DNA from: Octopus vulgaris
Lineage: Eukaryota
Length of the DNA stretch: 64,000 nucleotides
Reading direction: 5' to 3'
Assembly (NCBI GenBank): GCA_951406725.2
Contig: OX597837.1
Coordinates: forward strand, 39,618,001-39,682,000
Positions within the stretch are counted from its first letter, which is position 1; every line of letters starts with the position of its first letter. This document shows positions 1 through 48,600 of this stretch, in pieces. Position numbers and translations under genes: made by a program. Under the pieces are notes generated by a model that worked only from the letters and a program-made list of their open reading frames with translations, ran no database searches and was not told the DNA's origin.

Positions 1-420
1 ATATACATTTTATATATAATTTATATGTTCACAGTGTATATAATATTGATAAATACATATGTTTAAGTGTATATAATATATACAGTATATATAATTTACA
101 CATGTTTAAGTGTATATAATATATACAGTATATATAATTTACATATGTTTAAATGGATATAATGTATACACTATATATAATTTATATGTTCATAGTGTAT
201 ATAATATTGATAAATACACGTTTAAGTGTATATAATATATACAGTATATATAATTTACACATGTTTAAGTATATAATATATACAGTATATATAATTTACA
301 TATGTTTAAATGGATATAATGTATACACTATATATAATTTATATGTTCACAGTGTATATAATATTGATAAATACACATGGTTGAGTGTATATAATTATAT
401 ACAGTATGTATAATTTATGA
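1..420. repeat. AT-rich minisatellite (~38-bp subunits in higher-order repeats)
   Basis: Recurrent atatataatttacacatgtttaagtgtatataatatatacagt-type units. Confidence 0.85.
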
Positions 421-672
421 AGATTTTTATCATGTCAATATGGAAATTAAATTTATCACATGACTGCTTTGTGATGATGTTGGCAGAATATATGCCTTGT
501 GGTATTTGAGTTCAAATCCCTCACAGGTTGACTGTCTCTTTCATTCCTCCAGGGGTCTACCAACCACACCCTGAGGTTGGCAGAATTTACTGTCTCCTGC
601 ACTCTGCCCCCCAATCAAAATTCCTAGCCTTGTATCATACACAAAGCAAATTATTATATATATATATATATA

Positions 673-737
673 TAGCTCAGTGGTAGAGCATCTGCTTTGC
701 ATGTGAAAGGCCTCGGGTTCAATTCCTGGCATCTCCG
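673..737 (+). pseudogene. 5'-truncated tRNA-Ala(TGC) pseudogene or tRNA-derived fragment
   Basis: TAGCTCAGTGGTAGAGC (D arm/A box), TT-TGC-AT loop, GGTTCAATTCC (B box), 3' GCATCTCC. The 5' acceptor strand is replaced by (TA)n and the anticodon stem is mismatched. Confidence 0.75.
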
Positions 738-860
738 GCCACAGAACTTTACTATGTGTTTTAGAAGTTTACTTTGTAACCGCAGGGACCTTAAGTTCAA
801 TCCCTCTGCACAGCACCTTGGGCAAGTGTCTTCTACAATTATATATATATATATATATAT

Positions 861-1110
861 ATAAATAACTTATAAAATAAGGGCAAAAGAAAAATTCTAA
901 TGCCCAATATGCCGAAAAAAGACAAATTATCAATAACCATTATAATTTATGTGTCTCGAAACAAGCCGATAGAAATTTTTTTGTTTTTTTAGAAATTTCT
1001 ATCGGTTTATTTCGAGGCGCATAAATTATAATGGTTATTGACAATTTGTCTTTTTTCGGCATATTTGGCATTAGAATTTTTCTTTTGACCTTATTTTATA
1101 AGTTATTTAT
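861..1110. repeat. Long inverted repeat (~115-bp arms) anchored on (TA)n
   Basis: 861-977 is the near reverse complement of 992-1110. Confidence 0.9.
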
Positions 1111-1990
1111 AAATTTAGCCTTTAAAGGTATTTTTTGATATGCTGGCCATTGATAAAAAATTTTTTCGAAAAAAATTTTATCCTACATTAGTTGTGTATA
1201 TATATATATACACACACACACACATACATACACAATACACCTTTTTTGGTTTTCTTCCACTCAATCCACTCAAGGCTTTAGTGAGCCTGGGACTATTGTA
1301 GAAGACACTTGCCTGAGGTGCTGTTCTGTGGGACTGAACCTGAAACCACGTGGTTGCAAAGTGAACCTAACACAATTACGCCTGTGTGCGTGCATGTTCA
1401 TATTCTCTTGTCTTGGCATCACATGCTAATTGCAAAGGAATATGTCATTCCAGCACTGTCGCTCGTTTGCAATCTTTTAATGACAGCATATTTTGAAATT
1501 GTACTGCTTGCATTTGAAAGCCTTGGGAGAAATATTACCTTCCCTGCAAACAGGTGGGATTTGACAACAGCAGGAATATCCAAGCATAAAAAAATCTCTT
1601 AGATTTCGTCTGACCCATGCCAGCGTGAAAATGTCGATGTTAAACCTTCAGCATTCAGATTACTGTCAAATGCAATGCTTTTTCACTATTTTGAATAATT
1701 GTTTATTTTTTAGAATGACATTGCAGGGTAGGTGTGAGAAGCCAGGTCTGGCCAATTTGAACATGAAACAGGTAAAAATATTTGGGCATTACAGATGGCA
1801 AAGATATAGGAACGCTGAACCTTGTACTATTGTTTTTATCTCGGTAAACTTAAGGCAGTGAGCTGCCAGGGTCATTTGTTGAGTCAGACAAAATGCTTAG
1901 AAACATTTCTTCTTGCTACTTTGTGTTCTGAACTCGGGTTCCTCTGAGGTCAATTTTTGCTTTCATCATTTTGGAGTCAAAAAAATATAT

Positions 1991-2220
1991 ATTTCTTTAC
2001 TACCCACAAGGGGATAAACATAGAGGGGATAAACAAGGACATACAAAGGGATTAAGTCGATTACATCGACCCCAGTGCGAAACTGGTACTTTATTCATCG
2101 ATCCCGAAAGGATGAAAGGCAAAGTCTACCTCGGCAGAATTTGAACTCAGAACGTAACGGCAGACGAAATACCGCTAAGCATTTCGCCCGGCGCTCTAAC
2201 ATTTCTGCCAGCTCGCCGCC
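1991..2220 (-). mobile_element. SINE family B (GGCGGCGAGCTGGCAGAAA... head; CCTTTCATCCTTTCGGGGTCGAT core)
   Basis: Near-identical copies at about 11971-12185, 21430-21662, 26640-26861, 34207-34430, 35154-35568, 41558-41787 and 43085-43692. Confidence 0.85.
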
Positions 2221-2249
2221 AAAAAAATATAGAATAAGTAACTTGCCTC

Positions 2250-2930
2250 TTTTAACATTCAGATTTCTCTGTTAAATGTAACGCTTATTTAATCACTTTA
2301 TTTTGAATTGTGCATTTTCTCATAACTTCAAGATTTCAGTGGTGTGATTGTTTATTTTTAGAAGGACCATTGTAGGGGGCCAGGCCTGGTTTAACCCTTT
2401 AACATTCAGATTACTCTGTCAAATGTAATGCTTATTTATTCACACTGTTATGAATTAATTATGCATTATCTCATAGCTTTGAGATTTCAATGATGTGATT
2501 GTATATTTTTAGAATGACATTGTAGGGTAGGTGTGAGAGGCTTGGTTTGACAAGTTTAAACACGGACTTGGCTGGTTTAATTCTTTAATATACTACACTC
2601 TCGGAGTGGTTGGCATTAGGAAGGGCATCCAGCTATAGAAATTCTGCCAGATCAAATTGGAGCCCAGTGCAGCCATCTGGTTCGTCAGACCTCAGTCAAA
2701 TCGTCCAACCTATGCTAGCATGGAAAGCGGATGTTAAACGATGATGATGATTCATATTACTCTGTCGAATATTCTCATTCATTCGCAGTTTTAAATTAAT
2801 CATACATTATCTTATAGCTTCAAGATTTTGATGATGTAATTGTTGACTTTTTAGAATGGTATCGTTGGTTTGACTATAGAGCAGGTAGAATATTTTCGCC
2901 AAATGTGGCCGGTTTATGCCAAAGGGTTAA
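2250..2930 (+). mobile_element. Tandem copies of a TTAACCC-terminated MITE-like family (family 2), with a SINE fragment inserted
   Basis: Repeated aacattcagattactctgtcaaatgtaatgc...tagaatgacattgtagggtaggtgtgagagg; other copies at about 1640-1800, 33609-33823 and 38170-38325. Confidence 0.65.
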
Positions 2931-4068
2931 GATGACGACGAAAAGATCCTATTGCCGGTCAGTCCACCCCTCTAACCAAAAAAAGAAAAATGAAACACTC
3001 ACGGAGTGGTTGGCATTAGGAAGGGCATCTAGCTGTAGAAACACTGCCAGATCAGATTGGAGCCTGGTGCAGCCTTCTCAGACCCCAGTCAAACCGTTCA
3101 ACCCATGCTAGCATGGAAAGCGGACGTTAAACAATGATGATGATGAAACCTGTACAGAAGGCTACAAATATTAAGGAAAAGTAGTATGGTCAATTAGAGC
3201 AACCTATATTACCATTCCTGCTCCTTATTTTATCAGCCATTCCTAAACACGTGCACACACACACACAGACACATGCCAAGGGTTAAAAGGAAATTGGTCT
3301 CAGGCAAGATCCAAACAAAGCAATTAGTTTGTGACTAATTATTTTGCCAGTGATGATGATGATGATGATGATGTGAAATAAATGAAATTTTGTACAGAAT
3401 GAAATAAATAATGACTCAAAACTACAACTTTATGGTACAATGAAAGCTTTTGGTAAGGTCACTTTTGTTAATTTTGGTTTCCCATAGCAACAAGGTGAGT
3501 GTTTTTTGGTCCTTGCTGTTTTTCCTCAGGTGTTAATTCAGATTGTTACCTGGATAAAATATGAAGAAAATAAAACAGATTCAGTGAGAGAGGATATTTT
3601 TTTTTTTACTTGATTCAGTCATTAGACTATGGCCATGCTGGAGCACCACCTTGCGGAATTTGAACTGACCCCAGTACTTTTAAGTCTGGTATTTTTTCTA
3701 TCGGTCTCTTTTGCTGAACCACAAAGTTATGGGGGATATAAACACACAAACACTTGTTGTCAAGCAGTGGCAAGGGACAAACACACACACATATGGACTC
3801 TAACCCTCAAAGACGATGTACAGGTATCCAGCTTTTGCCCCACAACCTGCACACATTCGTTTATAGTGATCAAATGTACATGTTGTATATTAGCTAGATC
3901 ACTCTCCATCAAATTGACATTGTCTGAACAGGTGCACTGTGAGCCACACATCAGGTGTTGAAGTGATCAGAGAGCAGGGTGAGATGAAGTACTTTGCTCA
4001 AGAACATAATGATCTCTAGATCGTGAGGCCAACACCCCAACCACAAGGCCATGTACCTTCTCGCTCTC

Positions 4069-4482
4069 TCATATGTGTATGTATGTATGTGTATGTATGT
4101 GTGTATATATATATGTATGTGTGTATGTATGTGTGTATATATATATGTATGTGTGTATATATATGTGTGTGTGTGTGTATGTATGTATATATATATGTGT
4201 ATGTATATATATATATGTGTATGTATATATATATATGTGTGTATGTATGTATATATGTGTGTGTGTATGTATATATATATGTGTGTATGTATGTGTGTAT
4301 GTATATATATATGTGTGTATATATGTGTGTATGTATGTATATATATATATGTATGTATATGTGTGTGTGTATATATATATATATGTATGTATATGTGTGT
4401 GTGTATATATATATATATATGTATGTATATGTGTGTGTGTATGTATGTATGTGTATGTATGTATGTATGTATGTGTATGTAT
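4069..4482. repeat. Complex (TG)/(TA)/(TATG) microsatellite
   Basis: Seen directly; it is the source of the spurious YI/VC ORFs. Confidence 0.95.
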
Positions 4483-5541
4483 ATAATTTTGAAGTCATTC
4501 ACTAATGAATATCATCACACACAACATGGACAAAATTTCTTCTTAAGAAAAAATACATATTCAAATAAGTAAAACATAATATGAATAGCGATAGCGAAAC
4601 CGGTCGATATATTAAAAATTATATTAAAACTATGTAAGTGTGCATATTTTCTTTTTTTTAAATTTCTTATATACATTACAACTCACTATGTGGGGATAAT
4701 CGAAATTCCTCCCTTTCTGTTACTACTATATATATATATTATATATACACACACACACACATGCATGGCTTAGTGGTTTGGGTGTTGCACTCACGATTGC
4801 AAGATCGTGGGTTCGATTCCCAGACTGGTCATTGCATTGTGTTCATGAGCAAAGCACTTCATTTCATGTTGGTCTGTGATCATTTCGACATCTGACATGG
4901 GGCACCTGTTGAACCTGTACAGGTAATGTCGATCTGTTGTCTACACAAACATTTGATCACTATAAACAAACCATATGTGTGATTGTTCAGTAAAGAAATT
5001 GTCGAACCCTCATAGGTCATCTAATAACAGGAGAGTCCATTATTATTATTATTATTATATATATCATCATCATCATATATATATATATATATATATATAC
5101 ATACATACACACATGATGCATGGGTAGGCGCAGGCATGGCTGTGTGGTTAGGGAGCTTGCTTTCTAACTACATGGTTTGGGGTTCAGTCCCACTGCGTGG
5201 CACTTTGGGTAGGTGTCTTCAACTACAGCCCCGGGCCGACCGAAGCTTTGTGATTGAATTCGGTAGGCGGAAGTTACTGCCGTGTGTGTATATGTTCATG
5301 TAGGTGTTTATGCCTCTCCGAAAGAGAGAGAGAGGGATGGGCTTCTTTCAGTTTCCATCTACCAAATCAACTCAGAAGATGGTCAGCCCTGGGCTATATA
5401 GTAGAAGACACTTGCCCAAGATGCCACACAGTGGGAATGAACCCGGAACCATGTGGTTGTGAAGCAGGCTTCTTACCATACAGCCACGCTTAGTTTCAAC
5501 AAGATTCAGCATAAACATTTGACAAAAGGAACATAAACATA

Positions 5542-5918
5542 GGCGCAGGAGTGGCTGTGTGGTAAGTAGCTTGCTAACCAACCACATGGTTCCGGGTTCA
5601 GTCCCACTGCGTGGCATCTTGGGCAAGTGTCTTCTGCTATAGCCCCGGGCCGACCAATGCTTTGTGAGTGGATTTGGTCGACGGAAACTGAAAGGAGCCT
5701 GTCGTATATATGTGTGTTTGTGTGTCTGTGTTTGTCCCCCTAGCACTGCTTGACAACCGATGCTGGTGTGTTTATGTCCCCGTCACTTAGTGGTTCGGCA
5801 AAAGAGACCGATAGAATAAGTACTGGGCTTACAAAGAATAAGTCCTGGGGTCGATCTGCTCGACTAAAGGCGGTGCCCCAGCATGGTCGCAGTCAAATGA
5901 CTGAAACAAGTAAAAGAG
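5542..5918 (+). mobile_element. SINE family A, full length (tRNA-like head, CCTTGGGCAAGT CORE-like motif, internal microsatellite, GTAAAAGAG tail)
   Basis: Pol III A/B-box-like head GGCGCAGGAGTGGCTGTGTGG...GGTTCAGTCCC; many full and partial copies across the window. Confidence 0.9.
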
Positions 5919-6033
5919 TATAGAAACAATATTTGTTCAACTTACCCCGAATGCAACCAATTGATTCAATAAATATTGTCATTTTTCTACAATTATTTAG
6001 TATCTGTGACTTAAAAATCGGTGATTTGTCTGT

Positions 6034-43850
<37,817 letters not shown>

Positions 43851-43851
<1 letters not shown>

Positions 43852-43904
43852 TTTTTTGCTTCTGGTTTATGTCCTTAACTTCAGACAAGGACGAACATTT
43901 GTAT
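43851..43904 (-). other. CEP295: CEP295 5'UTR exon whose last base supplies the A of the start codon
   Basis: Acceptor ttttctttag, donor GTAAGT. There is an in-frame upstream TAA, and the last base A plus the next exon's TG gives ATG. Confidence 0.6.
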
Positions 43905-44329
43905 CTAAAGAAAACCCCACAAAATAACAAACTTTGCGCTTCTTTTTAAATTCCCAAAAGTTTCTTTTCATAATTAAAACAACAAAACCGTTTCAGTGTT
44001 ATTAAAACCCACAACAGCAGGGTTTAATCATAGGTTTAATTACTGTGTCCTCTACACCTAATAATAAACGTGTTAATTTCACTTAGAGACATCAACAAAT
44101 GGCTTGGAGACCTCCAAGGACTGGTCCAGACTTGACGTCGTTAAGACAAACCTACTCCTGTGTCTGACATCGCAATTAAAGACAGCGACGTCATTACCCG
44201 GACCCGATGTCTTAGTTAAGACGTCCTAGCCCTGGTCCTAGTCCTAAATTCCTCGGTTTACAATCTATCCTGTTTAAAGACCGAACAATATTCGTTTCGT
44301 CATTGTGAATAAAAGTGTTTATATCGTTC

Positions 44330-44480
44330 ACGACATTTTTAAATGGTTTGAATTTCGTAACTATAGAGTGCTGCGCATGCGTCAGTAACTGCCGGATGTC
44401 CGCTCGCTTTCGTTGCTTAGATCAAAGCGTCGTTAGAAACCAACGTTTGGTGAAAGTTTGAGTGAAGACGCTCTTGTCCG
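44330..44480. promoter_or_regulatory. Probable CEP295 promoter
   Basis: CpG-enriched unique island upstream of the 5'UTR exon, with TGCGCATGCG (NRF1-like, 44372), CCGGATGT (ETS-like, 44392) and TTTGAA (CHR-like, 44347). Confidence 0.5.
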
Positions 44481-45250
44481 TGCCTATCTTCTATCGTTCA
44501 TCTTTTGTATAAATCATCGGACTGTGGCCATGCTGGGGCACCACCTTGAGCGATTTTAATCGAACAAATCGACCCCAGGACTTTCTTTTTATTTTATTTT
44601 ATTTTATTTGGAAATCTGGTACTTACTCAAAATCGGTCTCAGCAGTGGAGGCGTAATAGCCCAGTGGTTAGGGCAGCGGACTCGCGGTTTCGATTCCCTG
44701 ACCGGGCGTTGTGTGTGTTTATTGAACGAAAACACCTAAAAGCTCCACGAGGCTCCGGCAGGGGGTGGTAGGGTGGCGACCCCTGTTGTACTCTTTCGCT
44801 CAAACTTTCTCTCAGTCTTTCTTCCTGTTTCTTGTGCCCGACTTCCTACGCAGCCGCTGAGCCTGGATGCGCATCCATCCATCCGTCGATGCTCTCGGTG
44901 TCGGGGGGGTTGACCTGCTCTCTCTTCTGCGGGTCTTACGAATAGCAAAGGACCACGTTTCAGACTTCTCCCACTACAAGGACGAAGACCGCTTAGCTCA
45001 ACAACAACACTCAACAGCAGCAGCAGTAATGGCAACAGAGTAAACAAACGAAGCTCATTGCTCTAAAATGTGCATCTTTGGTCAACTAAGCACCAACTCT
45101 GATCGAAGATTCTTCCGTCTAAAACTGCATCCAATGCTATGATTCCACCCAAAAATACAAACCCTTACAGCTTTCTTTCAACATCATCCAGTTCATCTCT
45201 GACTCAATATTTCTCTTTTATTTCAGGACAGTCACCCCACCCCGCAATAA

Positions 45251-45433
45251 ACATACCATTTTATATTCGTTCTTCCCTCGTTCATTACTGTTCTTATTTA
45301 AACCGATATCCATTGTTCGGAAATCTTTCGTGACACCTCTGTGACCTCTTCGGCGACACTTTCCGTCCTCGTGTGAGGGCATGAGTTCAAATAAGAACAG
45401 TAATAAACGAGTGAAGAACGAACATATAATGTG
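45251..45433. repeat. Small foldback or MITE-like element (~50-bp arms)
   Basis: ttatattcgttcttccctcgttcattactgttcttatttaaac is the near reverse complement of gttcaaataagaacagtaataaacgagtgaagaacgaacatataa. Confidence 0.7.
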
Positions 45434-45646
45434 TGTTCAGTTACTCTTTTACTTGTTTCAGTCATTTGACTGCGCCCATGCTGGAGCACCGCCTTTAGTC
45501 GAGCAAATCGACCCGAGGACTTATTCATTGTAAGCCTAGTACTTATTTTATCGGTCTCTCTTTTGCCGAACCGGTAAGTTACGGGGACTAGACACACCAG
45601 CATCGGTTGTCAACAAGCGATGTTGGGAGGACAAACACACACACAT

Positions 45647-45685
<39 letters not shown>

Positions 45686-45899
45686 ATATATATATACGAC
45701 AGGCTTCTTTCAGTTTCCGTCAACCAAATCCACTCGCAAGGCTTTGGTCGGCCCGTATAGTACAAGACTCTTGCCCAAGGTGCCACGCAATGAAACTGAA
45801 CACGGAACCATGTGGTTGGTAAGCAAACTAGTACAACAGGATTTTTTAAGGGTCCATTCGAATAAAATCGGAATGAAGGAGATCCATAAGTAAATACCT

Positions 45900-46760
45900 G
45901 GCTGACAATCACTGTTGTAAATCATTGATTACATTATTTGTTGGTGCATTTACCCCGTGTAGTTCAAAAGCCGCTGGCGTAGTCAAGTTAGTTGCATGAA
46001 GATCACATATTTTGCTACGAATTTCCTTCGAAACAATTGATGAATATCCTTGCTTTATCTTTGAGAACTTTATAGTCTTGTTAAATGTTGCTTTGTACAG
46101 ATGGCTTAATACGTTCGAAGAACTGCAACTAAATGGTAATTGATTCATAAGAGAGTACTATAAATCCTCGAGTATAGTCCGCCCTAGAGTATAATATTCA
46201 GGGGATTTTTAGGGGGCTGTACCTCTGAAAAACCTAAGCCTTGTGTATAATACGCACCACTTCTCTAACTTGAGTCAAGGAGGTCTATATAACGTCCTTG
46301 GTTTGTAAAAATGTATACGGTAACGTCCTTTATTATTATTGTATATATAGCATAATGCAAACATGTAGCTTTTTTGTGCATTTTGTTTGCAGAAAATAAA
46401 GAAATAACAGTAATAACGTTTAATAAATGTTGCTTACTGCAAGTTATGGATGATTCTTTTAGGACTTCATTGCTTTCAGGCTTAGCTTAAGGTATTTTCG
46501 CACCCTACATCACAAAATGCGTCTGAATAAACATTGCCGGACAGCATATAGAGACTCGGACATTGCTTAGAAAATATTTTAAATTTTTAACCTCGTATAT
46601 AGTACGCACTAAGGATTTTGACCTTTAAATTTTGGGGGAAAAATGCGGATTATACTCGAGGATTGACGGTAAGCTATTTTCAATTGAAAGAAACGAGTTA
46701 TTCCCCTTGGACGAGATAGTACCACGTAGCTCTTAACTTTATATGTCGACGCCTGGGAGT
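45900..46760 (-). pseudogene. Decayed duplicate of a CEP295 giant-exon segment, interrupted by a MITE
   Basis: SNI*QDYKVLKDKARIFINCFEGN versus CEP295 SNIKQDYQVLLDQARTFMKRFKEN; 46672-46712 matches 9026-9066. Confidence 0.8.
46158..46669. mobile_element. Tc1/mariner-pogo-type MITE
   Basis: TIRs ctataaatcctcgagtatagtccgc / gcggattatactcgaggattgacgg, flanked by TA on both sides. Confidence 0.8.
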
Positions 46761-47224
46761 TCATATGATTGTGGCGGGGTCACACAAGCAAAATGGTAAA
46801 TTGGGGTCCCACAGTTGTATATTAAAGGTCCATGAATGAATTATGCTTTATATGTATTTATTGCAACAAACAGCTTGGTTTCTTTCCTTACCGTTTTTAT
46901 CGAATAAATCGATCCAAACATCTTTTCTAAAAGCCTAGTACTTATTCTATCGGTCTCGTTTGCCGAATCGCTAAGTTACAGGGACGTAAACACACCAACA
47001 CCGATTGTCAAGCGGTGGTGGTGGTACAAACACGAACACATACGACAGGTTTCTTTCAGTTTCCGTCAACCAAATCCACTCACAGGGCTTTGGTCGGCCC
47101 GAAGCTATAGTAGAAGACACTTGACCAAGGTGCAACGCAGTGGGACTGAACCCGGAACCATGTGAATGGGAAGCAAACTTCTTACCAAACAACAATTAAA
47201 AATTTTTTTTTTTCAATATCTTTC

Positions 47225-47627
47225 GGATCTTTTCGGTTTGAACGGCAGTTTTTTAAAAATAATTTCCACGTAACTAAACACTTTTAAACTTCGTATACTG
47301 GTAGAATGTGTTTATAAAACATCTTTTTTCTCTTGGCTTTATTGAGAAAATTCTATAGTTTGTAAGATATTTGTTGTTTTTCTTTTCTTCAATTTCTGCA
47401 ATTTCAACCAATCAATGACGTCCATTGAGGTAAGAAACATTCTGTGTCGTATGAATATGTCCCTCGTTTAAGAAACAGATTGGGTTTATTTACATTTGTG
47501 AAGAAAAAAAGATACCCTTCCCCCACCCAGATTGAAAAGCAACAGATCGATACTAGGGTCATAATTATGGGTGACAGTTTCATATGACACCGCTAGAAAA
47601 AACTGCCGTTCAAACCGAAAAGATCCT
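47225..47627. mobile_element. MITE with ~30-bp TIRs (GGATCTTTTCGGTTTGAACGGCAG)
   Basis: Both TIRs present; partial relatives at 32400-32590 and 23387-23530. Confidence 0.8.
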
Positions 47628-47629
47628 AT

Positions 47630-48600
47630 TTTTCTCTAATTATCTGTTCTATTTACAGTGGAAGAACTGACAGACCCCTAACCTGTACCCTTTCTTCGCT
47701 TCCTTTTCAATTGCACCAACTAATGCTGGTTTATTTGTACAAAAGAAGCGCCATACAAAGACAACCCTTTCTGCCAAACCATGACTAGCCTAGTGGTTTT
47801 TAACATTTGTTCTTTCTCCTCCTTCGGAATCGATAAATTAAGTACCAGTTGCGTACTGAGGTTGATCTAATCGACTGGTGCCCCCAAATTTCGGGCCTCG
47901 TGTCTAAAGTAGAAAAGATTTGTACGCGCGCACGCACGCAAGAGACCAAGGGAAATAACTCGTCTCTGTCGGGTGAAAATAGGTCACAATTCTAAGAAGC
48001 TGCCATCACCTCGACCAATTCCAGAACTCCTCACCTGCCCAGAACACAGGCATTAATTTTGGATGCGTAACAGCAATGGTTAATTTATATTAATCCTTAT
48101 CGAGCAAAGGACCAGTTTCTCAGGTGTGTGTGTGTATATATATATATATCATCATCGTCATCCTCATAAAACATCCGTTCTTCTGTTCTATTGACAGTGG
48201 AAGAACTGACAGACCCCTAACCTGTACCCTTTCTTCGCTTCCTTTTCAATTGCACCAACTATTGTTGGTTTATTTGTACAAAAGCAGCGCCATACAAAGA
48301 CAACCCTTTCCGCCAAACCTAGTGGCTTTTAACATTTGTTCTTTATCCTCCTTCGGAATCGATTAATTAAGTACCAGTTGCGTACTGAGGTTGATCTAAT
48401 CGACTGGTCCCCCCAAATTTCGGGCCTTGTGTCTAGAGTAGAAAAGATTTGTACGCGCGCACGCACGCAAGAGACCAAGGGAAATAACTCGTTTCTGTCA
48501 GGTGAAAATAGGTCACAATTCTAAGAAGCTGCCATCGCCTCGACCAATTCCAGAACTCCTCACCTGCCCAGAACACAGGTATTAAATTTGGATGCGTTAC
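47630..48600 (+). pseudogene. Two tandem, inverted, decayed duplicates of a CEP295 giant-exon segment
   Basis: CSIYSGRTD..SSLPFQLHQL, KDNPFCQT and TQETKGNNSSLSGENRS versus CEP295 SSIHSESTD..SSPPLHFQQV, KENPYHQT and TQQSNVNNSSLSGENNS. Confidence 0.8.

Noticed and set aside
3951-4572. Long YI/HT/VC-rich ORFs (also 19988-20929 and 50478-51081)
   Set aside because: They are translations of dinucleotide microsatellites, which lack stop codons.
5372-5746. Recurrent ORFs such as RRPNPLTKHWSARG and GLNPEPCGW
   Set aside because: They are chance translations of SINE family A and recur at every copy.
45909-46148. 79-aa ORF as an independent small gene
   Set aside because: Its homology to CEP295 lies mostly in another frame containing stops, so it is better explained as a pseudo-exon.
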